Virus record (IMG/VR): IMGVR_UViG_3300018080_000066
Strand: one strand, 5' to 3'
Source of the DNA: a virus
DNA length: 38,465 nucleotides
Numbering within the stretch: position 1 is the stretch's first letter; the number at the start of each line of letters is the position of its first letter. Shown piece by piece: positions 29,829 through 38,384 of this stretch. The translations under genes and the position numbers were made by a program. The notes beneath the pieces were generated by a model. It was not told the DNA's origin. It saw only the letters and a list, made by a program, of their open reading frames with translations, and ran no database searches.

Positions 29829-30076
29829 CACTCCGGGAGCTTGCCCGCATGGCCGAGGGGCGGCTGGGACCGGAGCGGGTCCGGTCCCAGCAGGCGGCCC
29901 TGCTGCTGGCCTGGTACATCAATGTCCACCGCGACCCCCGGCGGGGGCGGAAGGCCAGGGCGGAGGACTTCGACCCCTACGACTCGTCCGCCCGCCGCCG
30001 GCGGACGGGGATGAAGGTGACCCGCGAGAACTGGGATACGTTCGTCAGGGCTTTCACGGAAGGAGGGAGACGATGA
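29355..30076 (+). CDS. Tail assembly chaperone frameshift product (gpGT-like; requires a -1 shift near 29740-29775)
   Basis: The -1 frame is open throughout and encodes FTLAEAVDRLAGLCGVDPGPLTLRELARMAEG...DFDPY... with no start codon of its own. The 722-nt span fits one -1 shift. Confidence 0.5.
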
Positions 30077-30585
30077 GACGCAACGGCAGGCTCCAGGCTG
30101 CGGGCTGCAGGCTACAGGTTGCAGCGGTGCTGGCAACGGCGCTCCTGGCCGGCTGCGGCGGCTTGTGGTTCGACCCGGAGGACCCCGAGGAGGTGGACCT
30201 CGCATGCGGCGACCTCAGGGCGACGATGGCCGTCGCGGCCGACGCCATGCTGACAAGCGAGGAGGCGACGGCGGCCGAGGCCGGCCGAATCGCCTCCATC
30301 TTCGCCGACACCGCCGCCGCCATGCGCGACGAGGACCCGGAGGCCGGAAAGCGGGCCGTCGACGCCATCCTGGCCCAACTGGTGGACGAGCCGCGAACTC
30401 TGGCCCTCTATCAGCGACTGAACGACCGGGTCATGCAACGCATCGACGCCCACCTGCAGACGATGGACCTGGCCGAGTCCGACGACGCGGTCCGGCAGGC
30501 GGCCCGGGCGCTCACCATCGCGGCCCTGGAGGGCGTCGCGGAAGGGGCGCGGGATTATGCAAGAGCGGCATCTCACGAAGGATGA
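30073..30585 (+). CDS. Lipoprotein (signal peptide plus lipobox LAGC)
   Basis: MRRNGRLQAAGCRLQVAAVLATALLAGCGG. The ATG overlaps the GT stop (ATGA). Confidence 0.7.
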   Translation: MRRNGRLQAAGCRLQVAAVLATALLAGCGGLWFDPEDPEEVDLACGDLRATMAVAADAMLTSEEATAAEAGRIASIFADTAAAMRDEDPEAGKRAVDAILAQLVDEPRTLALYQRLNDRVMQRIDAHLQTMDLAESDDAVRQAARALTIAALEGVAEGARDYARAASHEG

Positions 30586-30802
30586 ACTCAGGACCGAGGT
30601 CCGGGAGAACCTCGCGGCGATGCTGAGCCTGGAGAAGCGGGCGGTCCGTTACAACGATCTGAAGCGCGAGGAGCGCCGGTTCTTCTGGCTCCTTCTCATG
30701 GACCTGGCGGCGGTGCTGTTGCCGGAAGCGGGCCTGGGCGGACGTGTGGCCTGGCGGCTCCTTCGGCGCGTGGACCGCCGCCTGAACGCACAGGGAGACT
30801 GA
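30557..30802 (+). CDS. Small protein with one hydrophobic segment
   Basis: 81-aa ORF with FFWLLLMDLAAVLLP. Overlaps the previous gene by 29 nt. Confidence 0.4.
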   Translation: MQERHLTKDELRTEVRENLAAMLSLEKRAVRYNDLKREERRFFWLLLMDLAAVLLPEAGLGGRVAWRLLRRVDRRLNAQGD

Positions 30803-30803
30803 T

Positions 30804-31172
30804 ATGGACGCGATTCTATCGGCCGTCTGGACGTTTCTGAACTCCCCGCTCGGCATCACGGCCGTGGCGGCGCTCGCGCTGTACCTGCTGAAGAAGGCCC
30901 GTCAGCGATACCCGGCGTGGGAGGACTGGGAAGGCACCATCGTCGAGGCCGTCAAGCACGCCGAGAAGGCCATCCCGGACGACGCCGACAACAAGTCGCT
31001 TCGGCGGTTCAACGACGCCCTGGCTTACGTGCTCCGCGTCTACCATGAGGCCAACGACCGGATGCCGCCTGCGTGGGAACGGCGCGACATCGAGGAAGGC
31101 ATCCGCCTGAAACATGCCGAACTGGAGGCGGCGGGCGCGCTCGGCCCGAAGGCCGGAGCACCCGTAGGCTGA
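30804..31172 (+). CDS. N-terminally anchored membrane protein, LL-H holin-family-like
   Basis: TM segment LGITAVAALALYLL, then IVEAVKHAEKAIPDDADNKSLRRFNDALAYV, which resembles the Holin_LLH layout. Confidence 0.5.
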   Translation: MDAILSAVWTFLNSPLGITAVAALALYLLKKARQRYPAWEDWEGTIVEAVKHAEKAIPDDADNKSLRRFNDALAYVLRVYHEANDRMPPAWERRDIEEGIRLKHAELEAAGALGPKAGAPVG

Positions 31173-31184
31173 GAAAGACCGGCC

Positions 31185-31400
31185 ATGCTCTGCCCCGCGT
31201 GCCGGAAAGCGACGGCGGCGTGGCTCGATGAACGGATTCGGCTGCATCGGGCCGTCGTCGCGGCGCATCGGGGCGTCCCCGGCGCCGAGCATGCCCTGGA
31301 GACGGCCGGAATCTTTCTGGAGGCCTACCAGGAGGTCCGGGCCGCCCTGCTCGGCGCCCGGCTGCCGGGAGAGGACGCATCATGCGACCGCCGCCGCTGA
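31185..31400 (+). CDS. Hypothetical small protein
   Basis: 71-aa ORF; no motif. Confidence 0.35.
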   Translation: MLCPACRKATAAWLDERIRLHRAVVAAHRGVPGAEHALETAGIFLEAYQEVRAALLGARLPGEDASCDRRR

Positions 31401-31819
31401 GGGGTCTGGGGATCCGTATCGGCGTGGACCCGTCGATGTTCTTCAATACCCGCCGCGTCCGCGATGCCGTGGACCGGGCAAAGCGGCGGGTGCTCATCCG
31501 GCAGGGGTCCTACCTGCGGATGGTCGCCCGGCACATGATCCACCGCCGGCGGGGGGCCTCCCGGCCGGGCCACCCGCCGCACTCCCACGTCGGCCTCCTG
31601 CGCGACCAGATTTTCTATGGCTACGACCGGGCGGCCGGGTCGGTGGTGGTCGGCCCGCGCGTCTTCAAGGCGAGCCGCGACATCCCCGGCCTCCTGGAGT
31701 TTGGCGGCCGTCACCCGCGGACGGGCGCCGTCTACCAGGCCCGCCCCTACATGGGACCGGCCCTGGAGCGCGCCGAACCCAAGTTGGCCTCCTTCTGGCA
31801 TGACAGCGTGAAGGAATGA
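31382..31819 (+). CDS. HK97 gp10-family tail-completion protein
   Basis: GHPPHSHVGLLRDQIFYGYD...LLEFGG...ARPYMGPALE matches the gp10-family pattern (...G.L..si...EfG...a.PfmrPA). Confidence 0.65.
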   Translation: MRPPPLRGLGIRIGVDPSMFFNTRRVRDAVDRAKRRVLIRQGSYLRMVARHMIHRRRGASRPGHPPHSHVGLLRDQIFYGYDRAAGSVVVGPRVFKASRDIPGLLEFGGRHPRTGAVYQARPYMGPALERAEPKLASFWHDSVKE

Positions 31820-31822
31820 GAA

Positions 31823-32032
31823 ATGGCTGGAGGTCGTCAAGTCTGGGTGGTCGGGAGAATACACCCGGAAGAGCACCAGTTTTCCTGGGAGATTGTAGGT
31901 GTGTTTTCCGACCGGGAACGTGCAAGAGGGGCATGCGCAAATCGCAACGACTTTGTAGCCCCTATCTTGCTCAATGTGCGGCTGCCCGAAGAGCGAGTCG
32001 AGTGGCCAGAGGCAGTCTTTCCGTTAGCTTGA
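31823..32032 (+). CDS. Hypothetical small protein, lower GC
   Basis: 69-aa ORF directly upstream of the tape measure gene. Confidence 0.4.
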   Translation: MAGGRQVWVVGRIHPEEHQFSWEIVGVFSDRERARGACANRNDFVAPILLNVRLPEERVEWPEAVFPLA

Positions 32033-32043
32033 AGGGATAGACC

Positions 32044-34632
32044 GTGCCCTCCTACGCCCGCGACATCAAGGCCGGCCGGGCCTCGGTCGAGTTGACGACG
32101 AAGGACCGGATGCAGCGGGGCCTGGCCCGCGCTCGGGCGCGCCTGAAATACTTCGCCCAGGACGTGCAGGCCCTGGGGATGCAGATGACGACGGCGGCCG
32201 CCGGCATCCTCGCGCCGATGGCCCTGGCGACCAAGGCGTTCGCCGACTTCCAGCAGAGAATGGCCAACGTCTCCACGATGGTCTCCGATACCGGCGCGCA
32301 CATGGGCCGGTTCACCGAAGGCGTCCGGCGGATGGCGGTGGAATTCGGCGAATCGACCGAGGCCCTCGCCGGCGGCCTCTACGACATCCTCTCGGCGTCG
32401 GTCGCCCCGGCGAAGGCCCTCGAGGTGCTGGAGACGGCCGTCAAGGCCGCCAAGGCGGGCATGACCGACACCAAGACCGCCGCCGACGCCATCACCACCG
32501 TCCTGAACGCCTACAGTCTCTCGGCCGAGGCGGCGGGCGACGTCTCGGACCTGCTCTTCAGCGTGGTCCGGCGAGGCAAGACGACCTTCGCCGAGCTCGC
32601 CCCCCAGATCGGCCTGGTCGCCTCCACAGCCGCAAGCGCCGGCCTCAGCCTGGAAGAACTCGGGGCGAGCGTGGCGGTGCTGACGCGGGCGGGCGTGCGA
32701 ACCGAGAACGCCATCACGGCCGTCAACCGCATCGTCGCCACGTTCCTGAAGACGACGCCCGCCTCGGCGAAGGCGGCGGAGGAGTTGGGGTTCTCGCTCG
32801 ACACCGCCACGCTCCGGGCCGAGGGCCTGGCGGGGGTCTTCGAACGCCTCGCGCGCCTCGACCCCGGCCAGGTGGCCGAAATCTTCCCGAACATCCGCGC
32901 CCTTCGCGGCATCATCCCCGCGCTCAACAACCTGAAAGGCTTCGCCGAGGACATCGAGGCGATGGGCGCCCGGGCCGGGGCCACCGAAGAGGCCTACCGG
33001 AAAATGACGAAGACTCTGACCCACGCCTTCAACCAGATGAAGCAAGCGGCGGTCGTGGCGGCCGGCCGTATCGGCGAGGCCCTCGGCGGCACGATGAAGG
33101 GCCTCATCAAGGACGTCAAGGATTGGCTCGACGGCGTGGTCAAGTGGGTGAAGGAGAACAAGGACCTCATCGCCTCTTACGGCAAGCTGGCTCTGAAGGC
33201 GGGCCTGTGGCTCGGCGTCATCGGCGGCGGCCTGGTGGTGCTTGGCAAGCTGGCCGCCAGCCTGACGGCCATCATCGGCATCGTCAAAGGCGTGTCGGCG
33301 GCATTTACCGCCCTGGCCGCCTCGAACCCCCTGGGATGGGTCGCCCTCGGCATCGGGGCGGTCGTCGCCCTGGGCCTGGCGATCAGCCGGCTGCGGAGTT
33401 ACACGGCCCAACTCCATGATGAGCAAAAGAAGGCCCTGGAGACGACCCATCAGCAGAATGCGGCCGACCTCGCCAAACTCCGCCGCCTGAAGGAACTCCA
33501 GGGCAAACACGCCAAGACCAACGCCGAGATCAAAGAGGCCCAACGTCTGGTCGACGAAATCAGCAGCTCCTACGACGGCGTCACGGTCAGCGTGGACAAG
33601 GCCACCGGGGCCATTTCCGGCATGGCCGGAGTCATGCAAAAGGTCACCGACCAGATGCGGGAACAGACCCGCCTCCAGCTGGCGGAGCGGCAGAGAGAAA
33701 TCTTTGAGAACATCCGTGAGATCGAGAAGGAAATCGAGTCCCACGCTGACGTCTTCGCCCACCCGCTGCAGGTGGCGGGAACCATCGCGACCGGCGAGAT
33801 GCCCGAAGAGGTCAAGGCCCTATTTGAGCAACGCGAAGCGCTACGGGCCGAGGCCGCGAAAATCGAAGGGCAGATTCAAATCCTGCGGCGCGGCGGTGGC
33901 GAGGAGATTATGACCGGCGGGGCGGAGGCGACGGAGACGGAGGCCGCCCAGGAGGCCGCCCGCAAGGCCGCCGAGGCGACGGCGAAGGCGCGGGCCGACA
34001 CCGAGCAGCAACTGCTCGACGAGCTGGTCCGCCTGAAGATTCAGGCCTTCGAGGACGAGCACCAGCGCCGCATGGCCATGATTCGCCAGGAATACGACGA
34101 ACGCTACCGCCAACTCCAGGAACAAGGCGCCTCGGAAGCGGCCCTGGCCCGTCTCCAGAACATCCGCGACGAGAAACTCGCCGCCGAACGCAAGCTCCAC
34201 GCCGAAGAGGTGGCGGAAAAGGAGAAGGAGGCGCGGGCGGAGGCGGCCCGCGAGATCGAGGCCCAGATGGACCGCGAGGCGAGCCTGCGCAATCAGATCG
34301 CCCGCCAGGAGATCATGAACACCAAGGAGGGCGTCGCGCAGCGGAAAGCCCTCCTCCAGCTCGAGAAGAAACAGGCCCTCGCCGAGGCCGAGACGGAAAA
34401 ACAGCGGGGTTACATCGAGAAACTCTATGGCCTCAAACTGAAGGCCCTCAGGGCCGCCAGGGACATCGCCGACCGCTTCACCACGCGCGGAACCTTCAGC
34501 GCCCGGGCCACAGGGCTCGCCGTCCGCGACCGGACCGCCGAACGGAACCTCAAGGCCAACGAGGAAGCGGCGAAGCATGTCAAGCGGATGGACGAGCGCG
34601 ACAGGCGGCGCGGAGAGTTGGCATTCGTATAA
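32044..34632 (+). CDS. Tail tape measure protein
   Basis: 862 aa. TP901-type core (...FGESTEALAGGLYDILSASV...AADAITTVLNAYSL...), a central hydrophobic/Gly-rich segment and a long coiled-coil tail. GTG start. Confidence 0.92.
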   Translation: MPSYARDIKAGRASVELTTKDRMQRGLARARARLKYFAQDVQALGMQMTTAAAGILAPMALATKAFADFQQRMANVSTMVSDTGAHMGRFTEGVRRMAVEFGESTEALAGGLYDILSASVAPAKALEVLETAVKAAKAGMTDTKTAADAITTVLNAYSLSAEAAGDVSDLLFSVVRRGKTTFAELAPQIGLVASTAASAGLSLEELGASVAVLTRAGVRTENAITAVNRIVATFLKTTPASAKAAEELGFSLDTATLRAEGLAGVFERLARLDPGQVAEIFPNIRALRGIIPALNNLKGFAEDIEAMGARAGATEEAYRKMTKTLTHAFNQMKQAAVVAAGRIGEALGGTMKGLIKDVKDWLDGVVKWVKENKDLIASYGKLALKAGLWLGVIGGGLVVLGKLAASLTAIIGIVKGVSAAFTALAASNPLGWVALGIGAVVALGLAISRLRSYTAQLHDEQKKALETTHQQNAADLAKLRRLKELQGKHAKTNAEIKEAQRLVDEISSSYDGVTVSVDKATGAISGMAGVMQKVTDQMREQTRLQLAERQREIFENIREIEKEIESHADVFAHPLQVAGTIATGEMPEEVKALFEQREALRAEAAKIEGQIQILRRGGGEEIMTGGAEATETEAAQEAARKAAEATAKARADTEQQLLDELVRLKIQAFEDEHQRRMAMIRQEYDERYRQLQEQGASEAALARLQNIRDEKLAAERKLHAEEVAEKEKEARAEAAREIEAQMDREASLRNQIARQEIMNTKEGVAQRKALLQLEKKQALAEAETEKQRGYIEKLYGLKLKALRAARDIADRFTTRGTFSARATGLAVRDRTAERNLKANEEAAKHVKRMDERDRRRGELAFV

Positions 34633-34644
34633 GGGCGGCCCCTC

Positions 34645-35505
34645 ATGACCATCACCGTGACCGAACGTCCGGACAGCGGCTCCGGCTCCGACGGCGAGCA
34701 AAGAAGGGACGAGAAGCGCTATCAGGTCCGCGGCACGGCCGACGGCGTGGCGGCCCGGAACGCGCTGCGCGACAACTCACCCGACACCTACGGCGGCCAT
34801 CCCCGCAAGGGCTGGGACGTCGACCCGGTGTACGTCGACACACAGAACCCCGCCCGCTGCCTGTGGGAGGGCGTCGTACAGTACGGCCCGGCCGAGACGG
34901 AGCGCATCGAACCGGAAATCGGCGAGACCCTCATCCGCAGCCGGTCCGGCGGCGGCGCCGAGCACATGGTCGTCGCCATCAGTCACCGGGGCGCCTATAC
35001 ACCCGGCGTGGAGGCTGCTCCGGAGAACCACGGCATCGGCGACGACGGCGAGGGCAACGTCGAGGGCGTCGACGTCGAAGCGCCCCGCTACGAGTTCACC
35101 GTCACCAAGATCTTCACCAACCCCGCCAGCGCGCCGTCCGAGGATACGCTCCGGGCCCTGGCCGGCACCGTCAATAACGCCGCGTTCAGCGTCACCGACA
35201 GCCGGACCGGCCGGACCATCACCTGCGCCGCCGGCGAATGCCTGTTCAAGAGTCACGAGGCCGGCGCCGCCCGCAGCGACGGCGGTCTCCAGATCGTCTA
35301 TAACTTCGCCGTCCAGGCGAACCGGACGAACTTCGAGATACCCGGCTCCGGCATCACCGTGGACGAGAAGAAGGGCTGGGACTACCTCTGGTGCCGGTAC
35401 GAGCAGGCCGAGGATGGCGCGGCCAAGCGGCTCTACGCCAAGGCCGTCGCCGCCTACGTCGATCAGGTCTATCGCGAGACCAGCTTCTCGGCCCTTGGGA
35501 TCTGA
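34645..35505 (+). CDS. Distal tail protein candidate
   Basis: First ORF after the tape measure gene; 286 aa. Confidence 0.6.
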   Translation: MTITVTERPDSGSGSDGEQRRDEKRYQVRGTADGVAARNALRDNSPDTYGGHPRKGWDVDPVYVDTQNPARCLWEGVVQYGPAETERIEPEIGETLIRSRSGGGAEHMVVAISHRGAYTPGVEAAPENHGIGDDGEGNVEGVDVEAPRYEFTVTKIFTNPASAPSEDTLRALAGTVNNAAFSVTDSRTGRTITCAAGECLFKSHEAGAARSDGGLQIVYNFAVQANRTNFEIPGSGITVDEKKGWDYLWCRYEQAEDGAAKRLYAKAVAAYVDQVYRETSFSALGI

Positions 35506-35508
35506 CAC

Positions 35509-36399
35509 ATGGCGGACCTCGAACGCGTCCAGACCGGTCAGCCATTCCGGCCGAAGGCCGGCGACTGGAACGCCTTCGCCGACGCCGCCCGCGCTTATCA
35601 GGACGGTCGGCGGCCGCCGAAGGCCCACCCGATGCCCGGCCCCGCCGACGGCGGCGTCGTCCTCGTCCGAAACGGCAGCGGCACAGATCGCGCCCAGTTC
35701 GACGTGCTCGCCCTGGGCCTGCCGATCATCACGCCGGCCGACAACGAGTCGGAGTTCCGCCAGCGGCCCGCCTTCGAGGGCGGGACGCCCTCTGTGCCCG
35801 ACGACCTCGGCGAGTTCGCCGTCCTCCTCGAACCCATTCCCGCCGGCAAGATCGGCCGGGCCAGGGCCTCCGGCATCTGCCCCGTCCGCCTGTACGTGCC
35901 GGTGGACGAGACGGTGGCGTTCGCCGACATCGCCGACGGCGCTACCGGATACCTCGAGCCGTCGGCGCGATCTCCGGCCCAAGTGCTCTGGCGCGAGAGC
36001 GGCGCAAGCGCAGACACAAGCGACCTCCTGTGGGCGCTCGTCCGCCTGGGCGTCGTGGCCGACGGCCTGTGGGCCGAGATCACCGGCGGCGACCAGGCCG
36101 GCGGCTGGACCTGGAAGGAAAAGGAGCCGACGACGGCCGGCGGCGGCTGGGGCGACCTCGACGGCGGCCGCAACTCGACCGAGGACGGGAAAGCCTACCT
36201 GACGCGCGACGTCGTGGAAGTGCAAACCGGCACGATTGTCCGGCTCCGCCCAGTGATCTTGTCGGACGATTCATCGCTCGAATGGCGGTTTGAGCCGCCG
36301 CTGCCGACCGTGGATGCCGACGATGCCTACAAGGGCCTCTTTGTCAATGCCGATGGACGATGGGATCGGGATTGGCCGCGCGTCGTGCAGGGGAGCTAA
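35509..36399 (+). CDS. Tail tip/baseplate protein candidate
   Basis: 296-aa ORF, second after the tape measure gene. Confidence 0.6.
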   Translation: MADLERVQTGQPFRPKAGDWNAFADAARAYQDGRRPPKAHPMPGPADGGVVLVRNGSGTDRAQFDVLALGLPIITPADNESEFRQRPAFEGGTPSVPDDLGEFAVLLEPIPAGKIGRARASGICPVRLYVPVDETVAFADIADGATGYLEPSARSPAQVLWRESGASADTSDLLWALVRLGVVADGLWAEITGGDQAGGWTWKEKEPTTAGGGWGDLDGGRNSTEDGKAYLTRDVVEVQTGTIVRLRPVILSDDSSLEWRFEPPLPTVDADDAYKGLFVNADGRWDRDWPRVVQGS

Positions 36400-36402
36400 T
36401 CT

Positions 36403-37467
36403 ATGGTCGGGTGGCATCGCGACTGGTCCTCCGTTAGCGATTTCATTTGGATCACCGAGGAGGACGTCAACGACTTCCTGCAGGCGTTCAGCGAGCGGTA
36501 CGTGGCGGCCGGCGACGGCGCGATGGACTGGACAAAAAGCGTCGGGGACCCTTCGGCTGGAAGAGGCAAGTTTATTTTCGACTCCATCTGGGTCCGCAAG
36601 ATTCAGGAGTGGATTGAGACCACGGCGGTCGAGGGCGGCTGGGTCGTCTCGCACGAGAACGGCATTCGGCGCGACCCGGCCACGCACTGGACGCCCGCTT
36701 ACGAGTCGGACGGGCCCTACGGCGACTGGTATGGGTCGCGGACGCAGCTGTTTGAAGCCGCCGGGTTGACGCACACGGACTGGCGGCGCTATACCGTCCA
36801 TCCGTCCGAAGGCGGCACAGTCAAATACGGCAAGGCAGAGACGGGAGATATACTCGGCGCGTGGTTGCTAGCCGACCTCCAGGCCATCTTGAACGTGCTC
36901 GTTTGGAGGGCCAGAAAGACCCCCGGCGACGGGGCTGAATGGACCGCTGACGGCGAAACCAACCACTACCACGGGGATAGCAGCTGTCAGGAAACTTGGG
37001 AGGCCGCAATTGCCGCGGCTAAGGCGGATTACGGCGCGGAGGGCAGCGTGAACGGTTCGCCCGGCGCCTGGACCGGAGGGTGGAAACATTACTGTGGCGC
37101 TTTACAGGGCTCAGGCTACGATGCCTGGACCTCCCGCAAGTATGCCTACCTGGAGTTCTGGGAACCCGCCTACGGATGTGAGCGGGCCATCGGGGTGGAC
37201 TTTTACGCCCTCATGCATAAAAAAGACGTCTGGAACAGCCAGGGCGACCCCTGTTCCTGGCCTGATTACCTTTGCCACTGGTACGCGGAAACCCTGCCTG
37301 CCGCGGACTCCGGGGGGCGCATCAGCAGTCAGTCCTACGGCGATGCAAGCAAGCCCCCCAACTGGGGAGGAGAACCGGATCTAGAGGGCTATGACTATGG
37401 ATACGACGGGGGATATGGCGTCGTGCTGGTCCGCTACGACGTGGCCGGCGGGTTCGATTATTTCTAA
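36403..37467 (+). CDS. Trp/Tyr/Gly-rich tail-tip protein; receptor-binding candidate
   Basis: 354-aa ORF, last tail gene, lower GC. Aromatic-rich, with C-terminal GYDYGYDGGYGVVLVRYDVAGGFDYF. Confidence 0.6.
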   Translation: MVGWHRDWSSVSDFIWITEEDVNDFLQAFSERYVAAGDGAMDWTKSVGDPSAGRGKFIFDSIWVRKIQEWIETTAVEGGWVVSHENGIRRDPATHWTPAYESDGPYGDWYGSRTQLFEAAGLTHTDWRRYTVHPSEGGTVKYGKAETGDILGAWLLADLQAILNVLVWRARKTPGDGAEWTADGETNHYHGDSSCQETWEAAIAAAKADYGAEGSVNGSPGAWTGGWKHYCGALQGSGYDAWTSRKYAYLEFWEPAYGCERAIGVDFYALMHKKDVWNSQGDPCSWPDYLCHWYAETLPAADSGGRISSQSYGDASKPPNWGGEPDLEGYDYGYDGGYGVVLVRYDVAGGFDYF

Positions 37468-37509
37468 AGGGGCCTTGAGACAAGGTTTGGAAAGAATTAG
37501 GAAAGGTCA

Positions 37510-38070
37510 ATGTCGAAGTCAAAAAACAAAACGAGGACCAGACGACGACGTCGCGCGCCCCGCGCGAAGCGCCGCCCCAAAGCCGCACCCCCAAGGGCCG
37601 CCATCGATTCCTGGGACGATGTGGACCGCCTCCTCGCTCGCCTGGCAGAGATCGACGCCCGTCGCGACAAAATCCAGTCGGACGCCGACGAGCGAATCCG
37701 GGCGATCCGGGCCGAGGTCATCGAGGCCGCTTCGTCCCTCTCCGAGGAGCGGAAGGTCCTGGTGAAGGAGATCGAGGCGTTCGCCAAAGGCCGCCGTCGG
37801 GACTTCGGCCACAAGCGGAGCCTCGCGCTCGCCCACGGCCGAGTGGGATGGCGGCAGAGCCAGCAGATCCGATTCATCAGGAAGGCCGAGGAGGTCGTCG
37901 CGGCCCTGGAGGCGAAGGGCCTCGACTTGGCCGTCATGGTGACCAAGCGGGCCTCGAAGGAGACGATGGAGACCTTCGACGACGACCTGCTCGCCGAGGT
38001 CGGTGCGAAGAGGGTCCGAAGGCACAAGTTCTTCGTGGAGTTGGCCGAGACGAGCTTAGGGAAGCCCTGA
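37510..38070 (+). CDS. gam: Mu Gam-like host-nuclease inhibitor protein
   Basis: After a basic N-terminal tail, WDDVDRLLARLAEIDARRDKIQSDADERIRAIRAE...LALAHGRVGWRQSQQIRFI...VVAALEAKGL matches the Gam family layout. Confidence 0.75.
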   Translation: MSKSKNKTRTRRRRRAPRAKRRPKAAPPRAAIDSWDDVDRLLARLAEIDARRDKIQSDADERIRAIRAEVIEAASSLSEERKVLVKEIEAFAKGRRRDFGHKRSLALAHGRVGWRQSQQIRFIRKAEEVVAALEAKGLDLAVMVTKRASKETMETFDDDLLAEVGAKRVRRHKFFVELAETSLGKP

Positions 38071-38106
38071 CGCCCGTATTCGCCCTCTGACGCACGATCT
38101 CCTCTC

Positions 38107-38139
38107 CGGGGGTGTCCTGGGTCGACTCGACCCCCGTTT
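38107..38139 (+). terminator. GC-rich hairpin CGGGGGT-N16-ACCCCCG followed by TTT (weak terminator candidate after gam)
   Basis: 7-bp stem at 38107-38113 / 38130-38136. The loop contains the palindrome GGGTCGA-C-TCGACCC. Confidence 0.35.
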
Positions 38140-38242
38140 GCGTGCCAAGCGGCAGCCTCGCAAGCGAGGCGCCTGTAACCGGGCGCGTCTCGGCCCGTTT
38201 CGGGCAGGGGCCGGCAGAGAGCAAACACATCGGCATAACTTT

Positions 38243-38259
38243 TCTCACGCCCATCTCAC
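38243..38259 (+). promoter_or_regulatory. Pair of TCTCAC hexamers 11 bp apart (candidate arm-type sites, left arm)
   Basis: TCTCAC at 38243-38248 and 38254-38259. Same motif, orientation and spacing as 107-123. Confidence 0.4.
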
Positions 38260-38341
38260 AGATTTTTGTCCCGCGCGCCGGCCGAAATCGCCGTTTTCGG
38301 CCCGCAACCCCGCATCGCGGCTTCTATGAAGCCCTCATTCA

Positions 38342-38384
38342 GGGGATTATGAGTCCCCTGCTCTGACCGCTGAGTTAAGGGCCC
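38342..38384 (-). other. tRNA-Met(CAU)-like 5' half (43 nt) with no T-arm or 3' acceptor continuation
   Basis: The minus strand reads GGGCCCTTAACTCAGCGGTCAGAGCAGGGGACTCATAATCCCC. The next 40 nt (tgaatgagggcttcatagaagcc...) lack a GTTCRANYC-type T-loop and the complementary acceptor strand. Confidence 0.7.

Noticed and set aside
38342-38384. A possible complete tRNA-Met gene.
   Set aside because: Only the 5' half (through the 3' strand of the anticodon stem) is tRNA-like. The next 40 nt on the minus strand have no T-arm (only a 5-nt-loop hairpin GGCTT-CATAG-AAGCC) and no strand complementary to GGGCCCT. It is reported as a partial att-associated segment, not a tRNA gene.
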